Shown: positions 48,998 through 60,696, counted from the stretch's first letter. The stretch: DNA of 64,000 nt from an uncultured Acidobacteriota bacterium (GCA_963850575.1 CAWKLV010000034.1:75063-139062), one strand, 5' to 3'. A program made the numbers and translations. The notes: generated from the sequence alone by a model not told the origin.

Positions 48998-50473
48998 ATG
49001 GACCGCGGGATCGTGATCGCCCTTCTCGTTACCAGTGCGGCCCTCGCGCAATGGTCTCAGTTTCGCGGACCGAACGGTTCTGGAGTATCTGATGCCACGA
49101 GATTGCCCGTGCATTTCGGTCCAGCTCTGAACGTTACATGGCGAACCGAACTCCCGGCCGGACACTCGTCCCCGATCATCTTTGGTGATCGCATATTCCT
49201 GACCGCGGCGGACCCAGGCAAACGAATGGACGCAGGCGGGGGCAAGATCATCGATGCAGGTGGGCGCCTGTATACAATTTGCCTCGATCGCGGCACAGGT
49301 AACATTCTGTGGAAGCGCGAAGCGCCGCGCCCACGATTCGAAGGCTATCAGTCTACGAACTCGCCGGCTTCGCCATCACCGGTCGCCGACGGCCAGCGCG
49401 TGTACGTCTTCTTCGGCGACTTTGGCCTGCTCGCATATAATTTCGATGGCACGGAACAATGGCGGATACCGCTCGGTCCATTTAACAACGTGAACGGCCA
49501 CGGATCCTCGCCGATTCTCGCCGGTGACCTCCTGGTCCTGCTGTGCGACCAGGACACCGGCTCCTACTTGCTGGCCGTCGATAGGGTTAAGGGCCGAGTG
49601 AAGTGGAAGACGCCGCGCCCCGAAGCAACGCGCTCCTACACAACCCCAGCCATCTACACGCCTCGCGCGGGTCCTCCGGAGTTGATCGTGCCGGGATCCT
49701 ATCAGCTCGCGTCGTACAACGCGCGAACTGGGGAAAAGTTGTGGTGGATTACCGGCATGTCCTGGCAGCCAAAATCTACTCCGGTAATCGACGGCGACAT
49801 GATCTACGCCCACTGGTGGGAGAACGGCGGCGAGTCAGAGTCAACCACCGAAACGGCCACCTTCGAAGAGATGCTAGCCAAATACGATACCAACCACGAC
49901 CATAAGATCTCGCGCGAGGAACTCGCATCCGAGCCTCGCATGCAGCGCGGATTGGGGGATAACGATCTCGACGGCGATGGATTTCTCGATGAGCGCGAGT
50001 GGAATTTCTATCGCGCGCGCCGTTCGGCCAGAAACGCTCTCATCGCGGTGCGGGGCGGAGGCCGCGGCGATCTTACGGGGAGCGCACACTTGATCTGGCG
50101 CATGCAGAAGAACCTGCCGAATGTGCCTTCGCCCCTCCTGTATAAAGGCACTCTGTTTCTGATCAAAGACGGCGGTATCCTCACCAGCGTTGATCCTAAG
50201 TCTGGCCAGATACTGAAGCAGGCCCGGCTTCCCGGCGCGATGGACACGTACTACTCCTCGCCGGTGGGCGGCGCGGGACATGTCTATGTGATTAGTCAGG
50301 CCGGCAAGATGACTGTACTCACGGCCGCTCCGCAATGGGAGATTGTGGCAACAATAGACTTCGATGACGAAGCTTACGCGACTCCGGCGATTGCGGACGA
50401 CTCTATGTACGTGCGGACTCGGAAGGCGTTGTACTGCTTCAAGGCGGGTGATTCCTCCGCGGTTCAGCGATAA
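48998..50473 (+). CDS. PQQ-like/BamB-like beta-propeller repeat protein with an inserted EF-hand pair
   Basis: Signal peptide; repeated W-containing propeller blades (ILWKRE, VKWKTP, KLWWIT, LIWRMQ). Two canonical 12-residue Ca-binding loops are present: DTNHDHKISREE and DNDLDGDGFLDE. Confidence 0.7.
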   Translation: MDRGIVIALLVTSAALAQWSQFRGPNGSGVSDATRLPVHFGPALNVTWRTELPAGHSSPIIFGDRIFLTAADPGKRMDAGGGKIIDAGGRLYTICLDRGTGNILWKREAPRPRFEGYQSTNSPASPSPVADGQRVYVFFGDFGLLAYNFDGTEQWRIPLGPFNNVNGHGSSPILAGDLLVLLCDQDTGSYLLAVDRVKGRVKWKTPRPEATRSYTTPAIYTPRAGPPELIVPGSYQLASYNARTGEKLWWITGMSWQPKSTPVIDGDMIYAHWWENGGESESTTETATFEEMLAKYDTNHDHKISREELASEPRMQRGLGDNDLDGDGFLDEREWNFYRARRSARNALIAVRGGGRGDLTGSAHLIWRMQKNLPNVPSPLLYKGTLFLIKDGGILTSVDPKSGQILKQARLPGAMDTYYSSPVGGAGHVYVISQAGKMTVLTAAPQWEIVATIDFDDEAYATPAIADDSMYVRTRKALYCFKAGDSSAVQR

Positions 50474-50474
50474 G

Positions 50475-51326
50475 ATGCTCAATAGAAAATTCGGCTCGGC
50501 CCATGTCAATGTCCCGGTTATCGGGCAGGGAACGTGGATGATCGAGGGTTCTCGCCCGGCCGAGCGGGGCGCTGTCGAAACGCTCCGTCTTGGCCTCGAT
50601 CTCGGGTTGACTCATATCGACACGGCTGAAATGTACGGTGACGGCCGCGCAGAAGAGCTAGTAGGCGAGGCGCTCAGCGGCCGGCGCGATCAAGTGTTCC
50701 TGGCGACTAAGGTGCTCCCCTCCAACGCCACATACGAAGGAACTCTCCAAGCTTGTGAGCGGAGCCTCAAGCGGCTGCGGACCACTTTTCTCGATCTCTA
50801 CATGCTGCACTGGCCCGGCACCCATCCGATTCGCGACACGATGCGTGCCATGGAGAAACTGGTCAGTGACGGCTTAGTCCGCAACATCGGCGTAAGCAAT
50901 TTCGACGTCGAAGATTTGAAATCCGCGCAGGAGGCCCTTCGACACCATCCCATGGCCGCGAATCAGGTGCTGTATCACTTGGGCGACCGCGGCATCGAGC
51001 GCCGGCTTCTGCCCTATTGCGCCGGGCAAGGCATCGCGATCGTGGCGTACTCTCCCTTCGGGCACGGCGAGTTCCCTTCGCCCCGGAGCGCCGGTGGGCG
51101 CTTGCTGGCTGAGGTCGGCGAACGGCATGGGCGCACGCCCAGGCAGGTGACGCTCAACTTTCTCACGCGGCATCCCGGTGTTTTTGCGATTCCCAAGACC
51201 ACCCGTGCCGAACGCGTGAAGGAGAATGCAGGCGGCGCAGGCTGGGGCCTCTCTGCGGAGGACAATGCGGCCATCGACCGCGCATTTCCCGCCCCCGATC
51301 ACGATACTCCGCTTGGGATGATCTGA
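50475..51326 (+). CDS. aldo/keto reductase
   Basis: IGQGTWMI, THIDTAEMYGDG, LYMLHWP, GVSNF and IPKT are AKR signatures. ATG at 50475 follows the upstream stop directly. Confidence 0.9.
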   Translation: MLNRKFGSAHVNVPVIGQGTWMIEGSRPAERGAVETLRLGLDLGLTHIDTAEMYGDGRAEELVGEALSGRRDQVFLATKVLPSNATYEGTLQACERSLKRLRTTFLDLYMLHWPGTHPIRDTMRAMEKLVSDGLVRNIGVSNFDVEDLKSAQEALRHHPMAANQVLYHLGDRGIERRLLPYCAGQGIAIVAYSPFGHGEFPSPRSAGGRLLAEVGERHGRTPRQVTLNFLTRHPGVFAIPKTTRAERVKENAGGAGWGLSAEDNAAIDRAFPAPDHDTPLGMI

Positions 51327-51420
51327 ACATCTGATACCGAGTAGGCGCGCGCGAACCTGTTGCTACGGTTGCTTCAACCGATTTGTCGAATCCTAAAAGC
51401 AGCTACTCCGTCTAATCTTC

Positions 51421-54271
51421 ATGAGGTTACTTTGGATTCTCGCGCTCACGTTCCTTGTTATCGCGCCCGCGGCATTCCCGCAGGCTTCGGCCATCAACGG
51501 CCAGATTGAGGGAACTGTAACTGACCCGACCGGTGCTGTTGTTCCGAACGCCAAGGTCGATATCAGAAACGAAAACACCGGATATACAAGGTCCGGACCA
51601 ACCGATGCCAGCGGATTCTTCCGCTTCACCGTGCTTCCGCTTGGCCGCTACACTGTGACGGCGGAGCTACCCGGCTTCAATAAATTCACATCAACGGGCG
51701 TGGAACTCACTGCCGGCGCTACGGCCACAGTGAACGCAGCGTTAAGCGTCGGCGCGGCCACCAGCGTCGTCGAAGTGGGAGCTACGGCTCCTGTCATCGA
51801 GCCCGGCCGCACTGATCTCGGCTTCAGCCTTTCCGCCAATCAAATCGCCAACCTGCCGCTGGTTTCGCGAAACAGTTATAACTTTATTCTCGTTCAGCCG
51901 AATGTCAGTGGGCATCCGAATGTCGAGTTCGGCGTGCCCCGCAAGGTGAATGCGAATGGGTTTACCGACCGCATCAACTATCAATTGGACGGCAGCAACA
52001 ACACCCAAAGCGACCGCTCCGGGATCCGCCTCCTGCCCATCTCGGAAACCTACGTCGCTGAGGTGCAGCAGATCAGCAACGGCTTTGCTCCGGAGTTCGG
52101 CAACACGGTGGGCACGGTGTTCAACGCCATCACCAAATCGGGAACGAACGATTTCCACGGCGAGGCCGCGTATCTGTTCCGCCGCACAGACATGGTCGCA
52201 CGCAGCACGCTGCTGTCCCGGACAGCCGCAAAGCCGGATCAGAACGTGGATAACTTCTTGGCCGATGCGGGAGGCGCGGTGATCAAAGACAAGCTATTCT
52301 GGTTCGGCTCGTTCGAACACATCAAACGTGACATACCGAATTTCGTTACGGCCAAACCTGCCGACATCGCCGCAATCGGCCTCCCTGCCACTTACGCGAA
52401 TCCGATCCCGTTCGGTCAGAATGTCTATTTCGTTCTCGGCAAAGCCGACTGGCAGATTACCCAGAATCACCGCCTCTCCGGCCGTTATAGCTACTTCCGG
52501 AACGAGTCGCCATACAACAACGGCGGTGGACTGGTGGCGGTAACGCAGACCTACCTGTTCAAGGATCGCGCGCCGTCCGTTGCTCTTCAGCTCATCTCCA
52601 CTCTTAGTCCAACCATCGTGAATGAATTCCGTTTTCAGCTCCCGAAACGGTATCAGCGTCAACTGGCGGCTGACTTCACCGGCCCGCAACCGGTGACCAA
52701 CATATCAGGTGTGCTCAGCTTCGGTGGCTCCGATCAGACCGGCCTGATATTCACCGAGCGGACACCAGAGTATTCGGAGAATCTGACCCTGCTGCACGGC
52801 ACGCATAGCTTCAAGTTCGGCGCCGATATCCGTCAGGTCTGGGATGAAAACACCAGCCCCACCTTCGCGCGATACACGTTCGGGTCGATTCAGGATTACC
52901 TCGACGCAGTCAGCGGAGCGCGTCCCAGGTCGTATAGCAATTTCACACAGAGCTTTGGAAATCCTCTGCTCAAGTACAACTCACTGTTCAGCGGTTTCTA
53001 CGTCCAGGACAACTGGAAAATCCGGCCCAATCTCACGCTGACCTACGGTGTCCGTTACGATGTGTACAAGATACCCACCGCAAACTCGAGTTCTCTCTTG
53101 GCCTCTTCGCAGAAGTTCAACGTTGACAAGAATAACTTTGGACCGCGCGTCGGAATATCTTACGCCTTGGGCCGCGATCAGAAGACCGTAATTCGCGCCA
53201 ACGGTGGCATCTTTTACGATCCCCCGCAGACCAACACGTATCAGCGCGCGCTATTGAATAACGGCCAGCCGCAGTTCTTCAATTTCAGCGTGGGCGGCGA
53301 CCTCTCCGCTGGCGCCCTCCTTTCCGGCAATTCTCACCGCCCTGCCCACCGGGTTTAACCTCCCTACGCAGGACGTCACGACAATATCGCCCGACTTCCG
53401 CACGCTGTACTCTACCAATGCCAATCTGCAAATCAGCCGCGAGCTCACCTCGAACATGGGCTTGACCGTGACGTACCTCTACACCAAGGGAACGCACATT
53501 CCCGTGTATCGCAACATCAACCTGATTCCCGGCGGGACTTTCCTGGCTGATGGCCGCCCGATCTTCGGCGCGGGACGTATCGACCCGCGGTTTAACGGCA
53601 TCATCAGCAACGAATCCATCGCGAATTCGAACTACAACGGACTCAATGTGAAATTGCAGCGTCGATTTGGCCGCGGCTACGAGTGGTTCGCCACCTACAC
53701 CTGGTCGCACGCGATTGACGATGCGCCGGAGCAGAACATCATCGACTCCAGCACCACAAACTGGCTCGAAGACTCCACCAATCGCCGGCGCGATCGAGGC
53801 AATTCGTTCTCCGACCGCCGTCACGCATTCACCACCAGCGCCGTCCTCAATCCGTCGTTCAACATCGATTCCCGTCCGCTGCGCTACATCGCCAATAACA
53901 ATCAGTTATCGCTGATGTTCGTAGCCTCCAGCGGCGATCCGTTCAACATGGGGAGCAACAGGAATCTCACCAACGATCCGCAAGTGCCCGCATCACAGCA
54001 GCGCCCGCTGTTTATCGGCAGAAACACGATTCGCGGGCAAGCCATTTATCAGATGGACGCGCGCTACTCGCACTTCTTCCCCATCCGCGAGCGGTTTCGT
54101 CCTGAGTTCCTCGCCGAAGCCTGGAATGTCTTTAATCACTCGAATGTGACCGGATACAACACCACCGCGCAGGTAGACACGTTCGGAAACATTGTTGTGC
54201 CTCCGAGCCTCGCCCAAACGGCTGCACTGGATCCACGTTTACTGCAGTTGGGAATTCGCTTTACCTGGTAA
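51421..54271 (+). CDS. TonB-dependent-receptor-like outer membrane protein with an N-terminal CarboxypepD_reg domain (Oar-like), one frame change near 53300
   Basis: Signal peptide; GTVTDPTGAVVPNAKVDIRNENTGYTRSGPTDASGFFRF; a plug/barrel region. ORF 53456..54271 continues in the +1 frame and ends with the aromatic terminus IRFTW. Length is 3n+1. Confidence 0.8.
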
Positions 54272-54285
54272 CGTCTGTGCTGAAA

Positions 54286-54314
54286 ACGGTCGCGGTGCCT
54301 AAAGCCGCGACCGT
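54286..54314 (-). terminator. intrinsic terminator candidate downstream of the M16 peptidase pair
   Basis: ACGGTCGCGG-tgcctaaag-CCGCGACCGT is a perfect 10-bp stem. On the minus strand the stem is followed by TTTTCA, and it lies 19 nt after the stop at 54333. Confidence 0.5.
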
Positions 54315-54332
54315 CCAAAACGTAACTGACCC

Positions 54333-56453
54333 TTACTGCGGCTTCACGAACATTTCGGTCTTCAGTCCGCTATTCACCTTCCGCTCCGTAAAGATGCGTT
54401 CCCCGCCAGGCTGGCCGCCCTGGGTCAGACTTTCTTTGAAAGGCAGTTTCACAGGACCGGTCGCGCGGTAATCTGCCAAGGTCTGCTCCACATCCACTGA
54501 GCCCGTCATTCCCATCGACTTGAACACCATCTTGGAGACTAAATGCGTCTGCGGGTCGAAGTAGAGCTTAATCGTGCTGTCGCCCTCCTTCCACAAGACG
54601 CCTTCGTTCTCGATGGATTGCACCTCCGCCTTGCCGTCCAACGCATCCCTCAACAGGCCGATCGCTCCCGCCGCGCGGACGTTCCTCAGCGCCTCGGGTA
54701 AAAGATTGGCCGGCATATCCCGAACTGCCGGACCTTGCTTCAACCAGAAGCTCTTTCCATCGAAAACCTGCGTCATCTCGCCGAATGGAAGTTTCAGGAC
54801 TGCCCGATATTTATCGGGGAACATGATATCCTCGCTCGATTCAGCCTTCATCTCACCCTGTGGCGTCTTTAGCGTGACGGTACTCTTGGACGAGATATCG
54901 TTCACGGATCGCACCGCTTGTGCCCCACCTAATGCTTTCACCGCCGCGTCGATCATCTGGCGTCCGCGCGCCTTTGTCTCAGCCGTTGCCTCAGGCGTAG
55001 CCTCCTTCGGCCGCGTCAGATCCGGAGCCGTAGGATCGAAATCCGCGGCTTTGATCGTCTTCACTGGACCAAACGCCGCCAATTGCTTCCCGAACTGGCT
55101 GGCATTGCCCACGACGACGATCGCGGTCTTGTCCGCATGAAAGTATTTCTTGGCCGTCGCATTCAATTGATCGAGCGTGGTCGAGCGCAGCCGCTCGGCG
55201 TAGTGGCTGTAATAATCCGCGGGAAGTCCGTTCACCGCGGCCATAATCAGCCGCTCGGCAACCGCGTCTGGCGTCTCCGTGCTCAGTTGAAAACCACCCA
55301 CCAGGCGCGCTTTTGCGTCGTCCAGTTCCACCGCCGTCACTGGATTCGTGGTCAAATCCTGCTGCACGTCGAGAATGGCCTTCAAGGCGTCGGTGGTCTT
55401 CTCCGTCCTGGTGAAGGTCTCAGTGGCAAAGGCTCCCCCTGCGCGGAACGTTTGCAGCGTGCTGCGCGCGCCATAGGTCAGGCCCTCATTCGCGCGAAGG
55501 CGCATATTCAACCTGCTGGTAAAGGCTCCGCCGTAAGCCTCGTCCGCCAGCAGCAGCGGGATGTAGTCCGGGCTATTCCGAGCCACCCCGATCTCGCCGA
55601 CGAAGATGCGAGTCTGGGGTGCATCCGGTTTGTCGAGGATCAGTACGCGTCTTTGAGCCTCCGGGGACTGAGACAGTTTCGGAGGGGCGACCGCTGCGCC
55701 GCTCCACTTGCCGAAGAATTTGTCGGCTTGCGCGAAGGCGTCAGAGGCTTGAATGTCGCCGGTGATCGCCAGATATGCGCCCCCAGGAACAAAATAGGTC
55801 CGATGAAAATTGACTAAGTCATCGCGGGTTAGGGCGCGAATGGTCTCCGGCGTTCCGCTACCCGGATATGCGTAGGGGTTGTCACCGTACACCACCCGGG
55901 GCGCGGCCATGCTCAGCAAGCTCTCCGGATCGCTGAACGCGATCTGCAGCCCGGAGAGTTCCTGCTGCCGCAGACGATCCAGTTCCTTCGCATCGAACAC
56001 CGGATTCAGCACGACATCCGACAGCAGGTCAAGTCCCATGTTTGCGTTCGACTTCATCCACGTGCCGTGAATTTGCGCGGCATCCTCGGCGGCATTGGCG
56101 TTAAGGCTGCCACCATTGCTATCCACTAGCTTGGCGATGTCCTGCGACGTGCGGGTCTTGGTACCCCCGTTTCGCAGCATCGCCGCCGTGAACCCGGCCA
56201 GCCCGGCCTTCTTCGGCTCGTTCATCACGAAGCCGGCATTCACCGCCAGCCAGTACGAAACCACTGGCTCCCGGTGGTCCTCCACTACGAACACTGTCAG
56301 TCCATTCGCCAGCTTCTTGGTGTCGTATTTCGGGAACGAAAACGCCCGCGCAGGCCCCGGAGCGGGAGGCTTCTGCTTTGTGGCCGGAGCAGCGGCAGGC
56401 TGCCCGCAGACCAGTGCCGCGCCCGCGATCAGAAATAAAACAAGATTTCGCAT
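54333..56453 (-). CDS. M16 family peptidase-like protein lacking HxxEH, with an extra C-terminal domain of about 230 aa
   Basis: Signal peptide and two M16 halves. The position of the zinc motif reads GLAGFTAAMLRNG (no His). The C-terminal extension (VKALGGAQAVRS...KLYFDPQTHLV...) looks LolA/lipoprotein-sorting-like. Confidence 0.8.
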   Translation of the reverse strand: MRNLVLFLIAGAALVCGQPAAAPATKQKPPAPGPARAFSFPKYDTKKLANGLTVFVVEDHREPVVSYWLAVNAGFVMNEPKKAGLAGFTAAMLRNGGTKTRTSQDIAKLVDSNGGSLNANAAEDAAQIHGTWMKSNANMGLDLLSDVVLNPVFDAKELDRLRQQELSGLQIAFSDPESLLSMAAPRVVYGDNPYAYPGSGTPETIRALTRDDLVNFHRTYFVPGGAYLAITGDIQASDAFAQADKFFGKWSGAAVAPPKLSQSPEAQRRVLILDKPDAPQTRIFVGEIGVARNSPDYIPLLLADEAYGGAFTSRLNMRLRANEGLTYGARSTLQTFRAGGAFATETFTRTEKTTDALKAILDVQQDLTTNPVTAVELDDAKARLVGGFQLSTETPDAVAERLIMAAVNGLPADYYSHYAERLRSTTLDQLNATAKKYFHADKTAIVVVGNASQFGKQLAAFGPVKTIKAADFDPTAPDLTRPKEATPEATAETKARGRQMIDAAVKALGGAQAVRSVNDISSKSTVTLKTPQGEMKAESSEDIMFPDKYRAVLKLPFGEMTQVFDGKSFWLKQGPAVRDMPANLLPEALRNVRAAGAIGLLRDALDGKAEVQSIENEGVLWKEGDSTIKLYFDPQTHLVSKMVFKSMGMTGSVDVEQTLADYRATGPVKLPFKESLTQGGQPGGERIFTERKVNSGLKTEMFVKPQ

Positions 56454-56463
56454 TGGCGTCCTC

Positions 56464-57786
56464 CTACTTCTTCTTCTCGCCCGTGAAGAGCATCCGTGTC
56501 TCGTTGGCGGACTTCAGATATTTATCGCTCACTCGTTGTACATCGGGAACGGCCACCTTGCGGTAGTTATCGGGTTCCGTGTTGTAAAGCTTCGGATCGC
56601 CCAGCAGAACCGATGCCCGCCCAAGAGCGTCTCCCTTGCCCTGCATCGTCTCCCGGCTCAGAATGAACCCGCGCAGAATCTGGGTCTTCGCTTTCTCCAA
56701 TTCGGCGGCGCTGACCCCTTCGCTATTCACCTGGTCCAGCACGGACTGCAGCCCTTTCTCGACGGTTTTCAAATCCGACTTGGCCTGATTCACAATCCCG
56801 TACAGAAAGAAGAACGAGGGGCCCTCCAGGAACTGCGCCTGCCCCTGTGCCGCCACCGCGCTCTGATCTTCGTAGACCAGCTTGCGATACAACCGGCTGC
56901 TCTGCCCTGCGGACAATATTGCCGACGCAATCTCCAGCGGGTAACTGTCCGGGTTCCCCAGCGGCGGCAGATGATACGCTTTCGCCACCACCGGAATAGG
57001 CGCATTCGGAATTTCCGCCGAGACCTCCCGAATCGTCGTCTGCGGCGGCTCCGTGGCAGTGACCCGAGGAACCGGCTTCTTGCTGCTTGGAATTGGACCG
57101 AAGTACTTGGCAGCCCACGCCGGCGCCTGCTGGGTGTCGATGTCGCCCACGATCACGACGGTCGCATTGTTCGGAACGTAATACGTGTCGAAAAACTCCT
57201 GTACGTCCGCGGGCGTCGCCTTGTTCAGGTCTTCCATGCTGCCGATCGGCATGTGCTTATACGGATATGCCTGGTACAAACTGTTCAGCACGCGCTCAAA
57301 CAACAGACCATACGGTGGATTCTCGAACCGCAGTCTGCGTTCCTCCTTCACCACCTCGCGCTCTTTCTGAAAGTTCTCCTGATTGATCACCAGTGAAGCC
57401 ATCCGGTCGGCTTCCGCCCACATCATCTGCTCCAGGTAGTTCGGCGGTACGGTCTCCCAATACACTGTCTGGTCAAAAGACGTATAGGCGTTATTGGTTC
57501 CGCCCGCGCGATTGATCAGCCGGAAATGCTCCTCGGGTCCCAGGTTCTTCGATCCTCGGAACATCAGGTGTTCGAACAGGTGCGCAAATCCGGTTCTCCC
57601 GGGTTTCTCGTCTTTGGAGCCGACGTGATACCAGACCTGGATGTTCACGACGGGGCGGCTGTGGTCCGCCGCCATGACCAGTTGCAGCCCGTTCGGCAGC
57701 TTGCTGGAAACGATGTCCAGCGCCTGCGGTTTATCCTGGGCCGCGCAGGCCAAGGCAGTTGCCAATAAGAGGATGGAGTGACGCAT
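56464..57786 (-). CDS. M16 family zinc peptidase (pitrilysin/insulinase type), catalytic subunit
   Basis: Signal peptide; inverted zinc motif HLFEH in GFAHLFEHLMFRGS plus a downstream Glu region. It is 10 nt upstream of the partner gene. Confidence 0.85.
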   Translation of the reverse strand: MRHSILLLATALACAAQDKPQALDIVSSKLPNGLQLVMAADHSRPVVNIQVWYHVGSKDEKPGRTGFAHLFEHLMFRGSKNLGPEEHFRLINRAGGTNNAYTSFDQTVYWETVPPNYLEQMMWAEADRMASLVINQENFQKEREVVKEERRLRFENPPYGLLFERVLNSLYQAYPYKHMPIGSMEDLNKATPADVQEFFDTYYVPNNATVVIVGDIDTQQAPAWAAKYFGPIPSSKKPVPRVTATEPPQTTIREVSAEIPNAPIPVVAKAYHLPPLGNPDSYPLEIASAILSAGQSSRLYRKLVYEDQSAVAAQGQAQFLEGPSFFFLYGIVNQAKSDLKTVEKGLQSVLDQVNSEGVSAAELEKAKTQILRGFILSRETMQGKGDALGRASVLLGDPKLYNTEPDNYRKVAVPDVQRVSDKYLKSANETRMLFTGEKKK

Positions 57787-58010
57787 GTAACCAACTTGAT
57801 GAGGTGTTCAGACGGACTCCCTCATTATCACCCGCTTCTTAACGAAACGAGATCGATCAGCGGTCGAAGCCTACCGCTGCATCGGCAGCGGCCTCTCGCC
57901 TTTCCGCCTCTCAAACCTCAAGCCTCCGGCTACGGCGATCGAAGCTGCAATTCAAAACCGTGGACTCACGCCGCCCAAATAACCACAGCGGTAGAATCAT
58001 TTCACAAGCT

Positions 58011-60620
58011 ATGTCGATGCCAGTCGGGAGTCGTCTCGGCCCCTACGAGCTATTGACGCTTCTAGGAGTCGGCGGCATGGGCGAAGTCTATAAGGCTCGC
58101 GACACGCGCCTCGAGCGGACAGTCGCGATCAAAGTGCTTCGCGCCCAGAGCAGCGAGCGGCCGGACTTGAGGCAGCGTTTCGAGCGGGAAGCGCGCGCGA
58201 TTTCCGCACTCAATCATCCTCACATTTGCACCCTGCACGACATCGGGCAGGAGTGCGCGATCGACTACCTGGTGATGGAATGCCTCGAGGGCGAGACCCT
58301 GGCCGACCGGCTCAACAGAGGCGCCCTGCCGGTGGATCACATCGTGCGCATCTCGACGGAGGTCGCCGGGGCGCTGGACCGCGCACATCACCAGGGAATC
58401 ATCCATTGCGATCTCAAGCCGGGGAACATCATGCTGACCAAGGATGGCGCCAAGGTGCTGGACTTCGGGCTCGCCAGGTTCGCGCGTGTTTCTCTGGGTC
58501 CGGCAGAATCGGCCGAGACGCAGACCGCCCAGCGCGCGATTGTGGGAACGCTCGCCTATATGGCCCCGGAGCAGCTAGCCGGTAAAGAAAGCGACGCGCG
58601 TACCGACATCTTTGCGCTCGGCATTATCCTGTACGAGATGCTGACCGGGCGGCGTCCGTTCGGCGGCGGCACGCAGGCTGGCCTCATCGCCGAGATTATG
58701 CGCGCCGACATGCCGGATTTGCCGAATGCGCCTCCACAGTTCGCGCACGTAGTCGCCCGTTGCCTGACCAAGGATCCGGCCGAGCGGTGGCAATCGGCTT
58801 CCGACGTGAACTTGGAATTGCAATGGGCCGGTGCGTGCGCCGCGTCTCCGGCCGTCTCTGCGCCGCCCTTCAGAACCTGGCGGTCGCTCGGGATGGTGAC
58901 CGCCCTGGCCTGCCTTGCGCTCGGTGTTGCAGGCAGCGTGGCTTGGCTCCGGCGCGGAGATCCGGAGCAGCCAGTCTATCGATTCTCTCTCGCGCCGCCC
59001 CCCGGCGCTGACTTTCTCAATGTGCCGAACCGGAATGGCTTGGCGCTTTCTCCCGATGGCCGCTGGCTCGTCTTCCTGGCGATTCGCAATAGCCAGTCCC
59101 GGCTCTGGGTACAACGGCTCGACTCCCCAACGGCCCATGAGCTGCCCGGGACGGAGAACGCGTCGACGCCATTCTGGTCTCCGGACGGGCGCTCACTCGC
59201 TTTTTTCGCAGGCGGCAGTTTGAGAAGGATAGATAGCGACGGCAGCAACCTTCAGTCATTGGCAGCGGACATCCGCGCCCCCCGCGGTGGCTCTTGGGGA
59301 TCCCCCAGCACCATCCTGTTCTCGCCCGGCAACACGCTTGGTGCCGCCATCTATCGACTTCCCGCAGGCGGCGGCACGGCGGTTCCGGTCACCACCGTCA
59401 ATCTCCCGCACGCAGTCCGGTACCATGCATATCCAGTCCTGCTCGACGACGGGGAGCATTTCTTATATCGAGCCGTCGGAGGGGACATGTGGGAAGCCGG
59501 TGTCTCATCAGGATGGTACCTGGGCTCGCTCCACAATCTGACATCAGGAACGCTCGTGTTGCCCGCCAACACCAACGTTGCCGTAGCTCGTCCGCATGGA
59601 AAAGGTTCCCGCTATCTGTTGTGGAATCGCGGCGATACTGTAGTCGCACAGAAGTGGACGTCCCTTCCTCTCCTCCCTCCGGCGACGCCGTGCCACTTGC
59701 CGGGCCAGTGGGCTATCGTGAAGCAAACTTTACCGCCTCAGACTCCGGTTTGCTCGTTTACGGTAGCGGCGCGTCCAGCCTGCAACTACAGTGGGTGGAC
59801 CGCGCCGGAGGTCCGCTAGGAGTGCTGGGGGAAGCTGATTCCCTGATCTCACCGGCTCAATCGCCGGATGGGAGACAGGTGGCAGTATTACAAAGGCTGA
59901 GCCACCTCTTGGTAGTGACTGATGTTTCGCCGGGGCCTGACGACCCGTGCCGCTACTAATGCCGGCAGTCCGGTCTTGTGGTCGCCCGAGGGCAGCCGGC
60001 TGGGTTTTACTCGCGGGGGCCAAGTGGCGATTCTCAACGTCGGAGCGACGCAGGAAGCGATTCCACCCTCGGCGGGCCGTTCACAAAGTTTCGTGGGCTG
60101 GATGCCGGACGGCCGCTCCGTTTTATACATTGAGCTTGGATCCCAAGGCAAGCATAGCCTCTGGATAAGGTCGATTGACGGTTCCGTAGCGGCTCGACGA
60201 TTGCTCAATACCTCCTCCGACGAACAGCACGCAGCCGTGTCGGCAGACGGTCATTGGCTGGCCTACGTCACCGACGAGAGTGGCCGCTTTGAGGTCTATG
60301 CGCAGAGGTTCGAAGGCGGGCCCCGAGTGCAGGTGTCGAGCCAGGGCGGCAACACTCCGAAATGGCGGGAAGACGGGAAGGAGTTGTTCTATGAGGCTGT
60401 GGACGGTTCAGTAGTCAGTGTGGCTGTGAATCCGCTCGGGAACAGGCTTGACCTCTCGCCGCCGCGAACTCTGTTTGCTCTTCCCGCGCATTACGTCGGC
60501 GGATATTCCTACGACGTCGCGCCCGACGGTCAGCGCTTCCTGGTGCTTGCACCTTACTCCAGGCGGCCAGACGAGCCGCTCACGGTGGTGGTCAACTGGC
60601 CGGCATTGATACCAAAGTAG
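58011..60620 (+). CDS. Ser/Thr protein kinase fused to one TM segment and a TolB-like beta-propeller, two frame changes (near 59650 and 59900)
   Basis: Kinase motifs GVGGMGEVYKA, AIKVL, HCDLKPGNIM, DFGLA, GTLAYMAPE. The C-terminus has repeated SPDGR/WSPDG blades spread over ORFs 57960..59819, 59294..59959 and 59922..60620. Confidence 0.8.
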
Positions 60621-60696
60621 GTGTACCCAGCGGCCAGGTGCGCCGATGGACTTCCTGCGGCGCCAAGGCCTGCGACGGCGGAATCCGCTCAGTGTC

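Noticed and set aside
56095-57396. 433-aa plus-strand ORF (also 55083..55817 and 54574..55140).
   Set aside because: They are antisense to the two M16 peptidase genes and have low-complexity Arg/Leu-rich composition.
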